Below are positions 63,644-64,000 of a stretch of DNA of 64,000 nucleotides, one piece after another. Both the position numbers and the translations under genes were made by a program. The stretch spans positions 6,262,001 through 6,326,000 of the forward strand of contig JAGIQG010000030.1 in NCBI GenBank assembly GCA_024679065.1. The letters run 5' to 3'. Within the stretch, counting starts at the first letter, position 1. The number at the start of each line of letters is the position of its first letter. The notes beneath the pieces were generated by a model. The model was not told where the DNA came from. It saw only the letters and a program-made list of their open reading frames with translations, and ran no database searches. Source of the stretch: Sphyrna mokarran. Lineage: Eukaryota.

Positions 63644-64000
63644 TGAAATAGACATGACATAGCACGACTCTCCCCAGGAATATTGACACTTCTCCCATAT
63701 CCAGTTTCTGGAGTTATTTCGTAACTCTTTACTGCTGTGAAATAGAAACTTCAACATGTCTCATCCTGGAGCACATTTTAAATACGGGTTTAACCTCCCG
63801 TTTAGAATATTTTAAACTTAAAAGGCAATATCATCGTCCAATAAAACGTGCCGATAAGGACCATCTTCAGATAAAGCTGACAGCAAGATTATCCGTGCTC
63901 ACTGACTAACGTCCATGTCATTGGTGGATAAGTCTGTAGCTCGTCAACATTGGTATTAGAAACAAGCTTAAAGCTTGACATCGCCCTCAAACATGAGTCC

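Noticed and set aside
61813-64000. Penultimate ABHD2 exon
   Set aside because: No minus-strand NAADDPLV-like peptide found by eye; it probably lies beyond the window.

Overview
Vertebrate genomic DNA, most likely a shark or other elasmobranch (inferred from dense HE1/V-SINE copies, HER1-like CR1 LINEs and DeuSINE relics). Two host genes are present. RLBP1 (CRALBP, 317 aa, + strand) is complete in seven coding exons from 14009 to 34335, and the exon lengths match those I recall for human. The last coding exon of ABHD2 (- strand, 61610-61812) converges on it, with an inferred ~10 kb 3' UTR. The rest is mostly nested retroelements and MITEs. The most striking feature is a Penelope-like (GIY-YIG) insertion at 1695-2481. 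It has a 14-bp target-site duplication, a 41-bp perfect inverted repeat, a minimal hammerhead-ribozyme core and a sharply bounded 327-nt tract almost stripped of sense-strand A with an ADAR-like context bias. It looks like an A-to-I hyper-edited RNA that was reverse transcribed into the genome. Other oddities: a solo hammerhead-bearing Penelope terminus with its own 14-bp TSD, a tRNA-headed single-ORF LINE with SINE-like deletion derivatives, a CR1 with a V-SINE core in its 3' UTR, and an intronic 278-bp inverted duplication carrying a locally templated patch. All coordinates and counts were made by eye; repeat family names come from recalled consensus sequences, not a database search.
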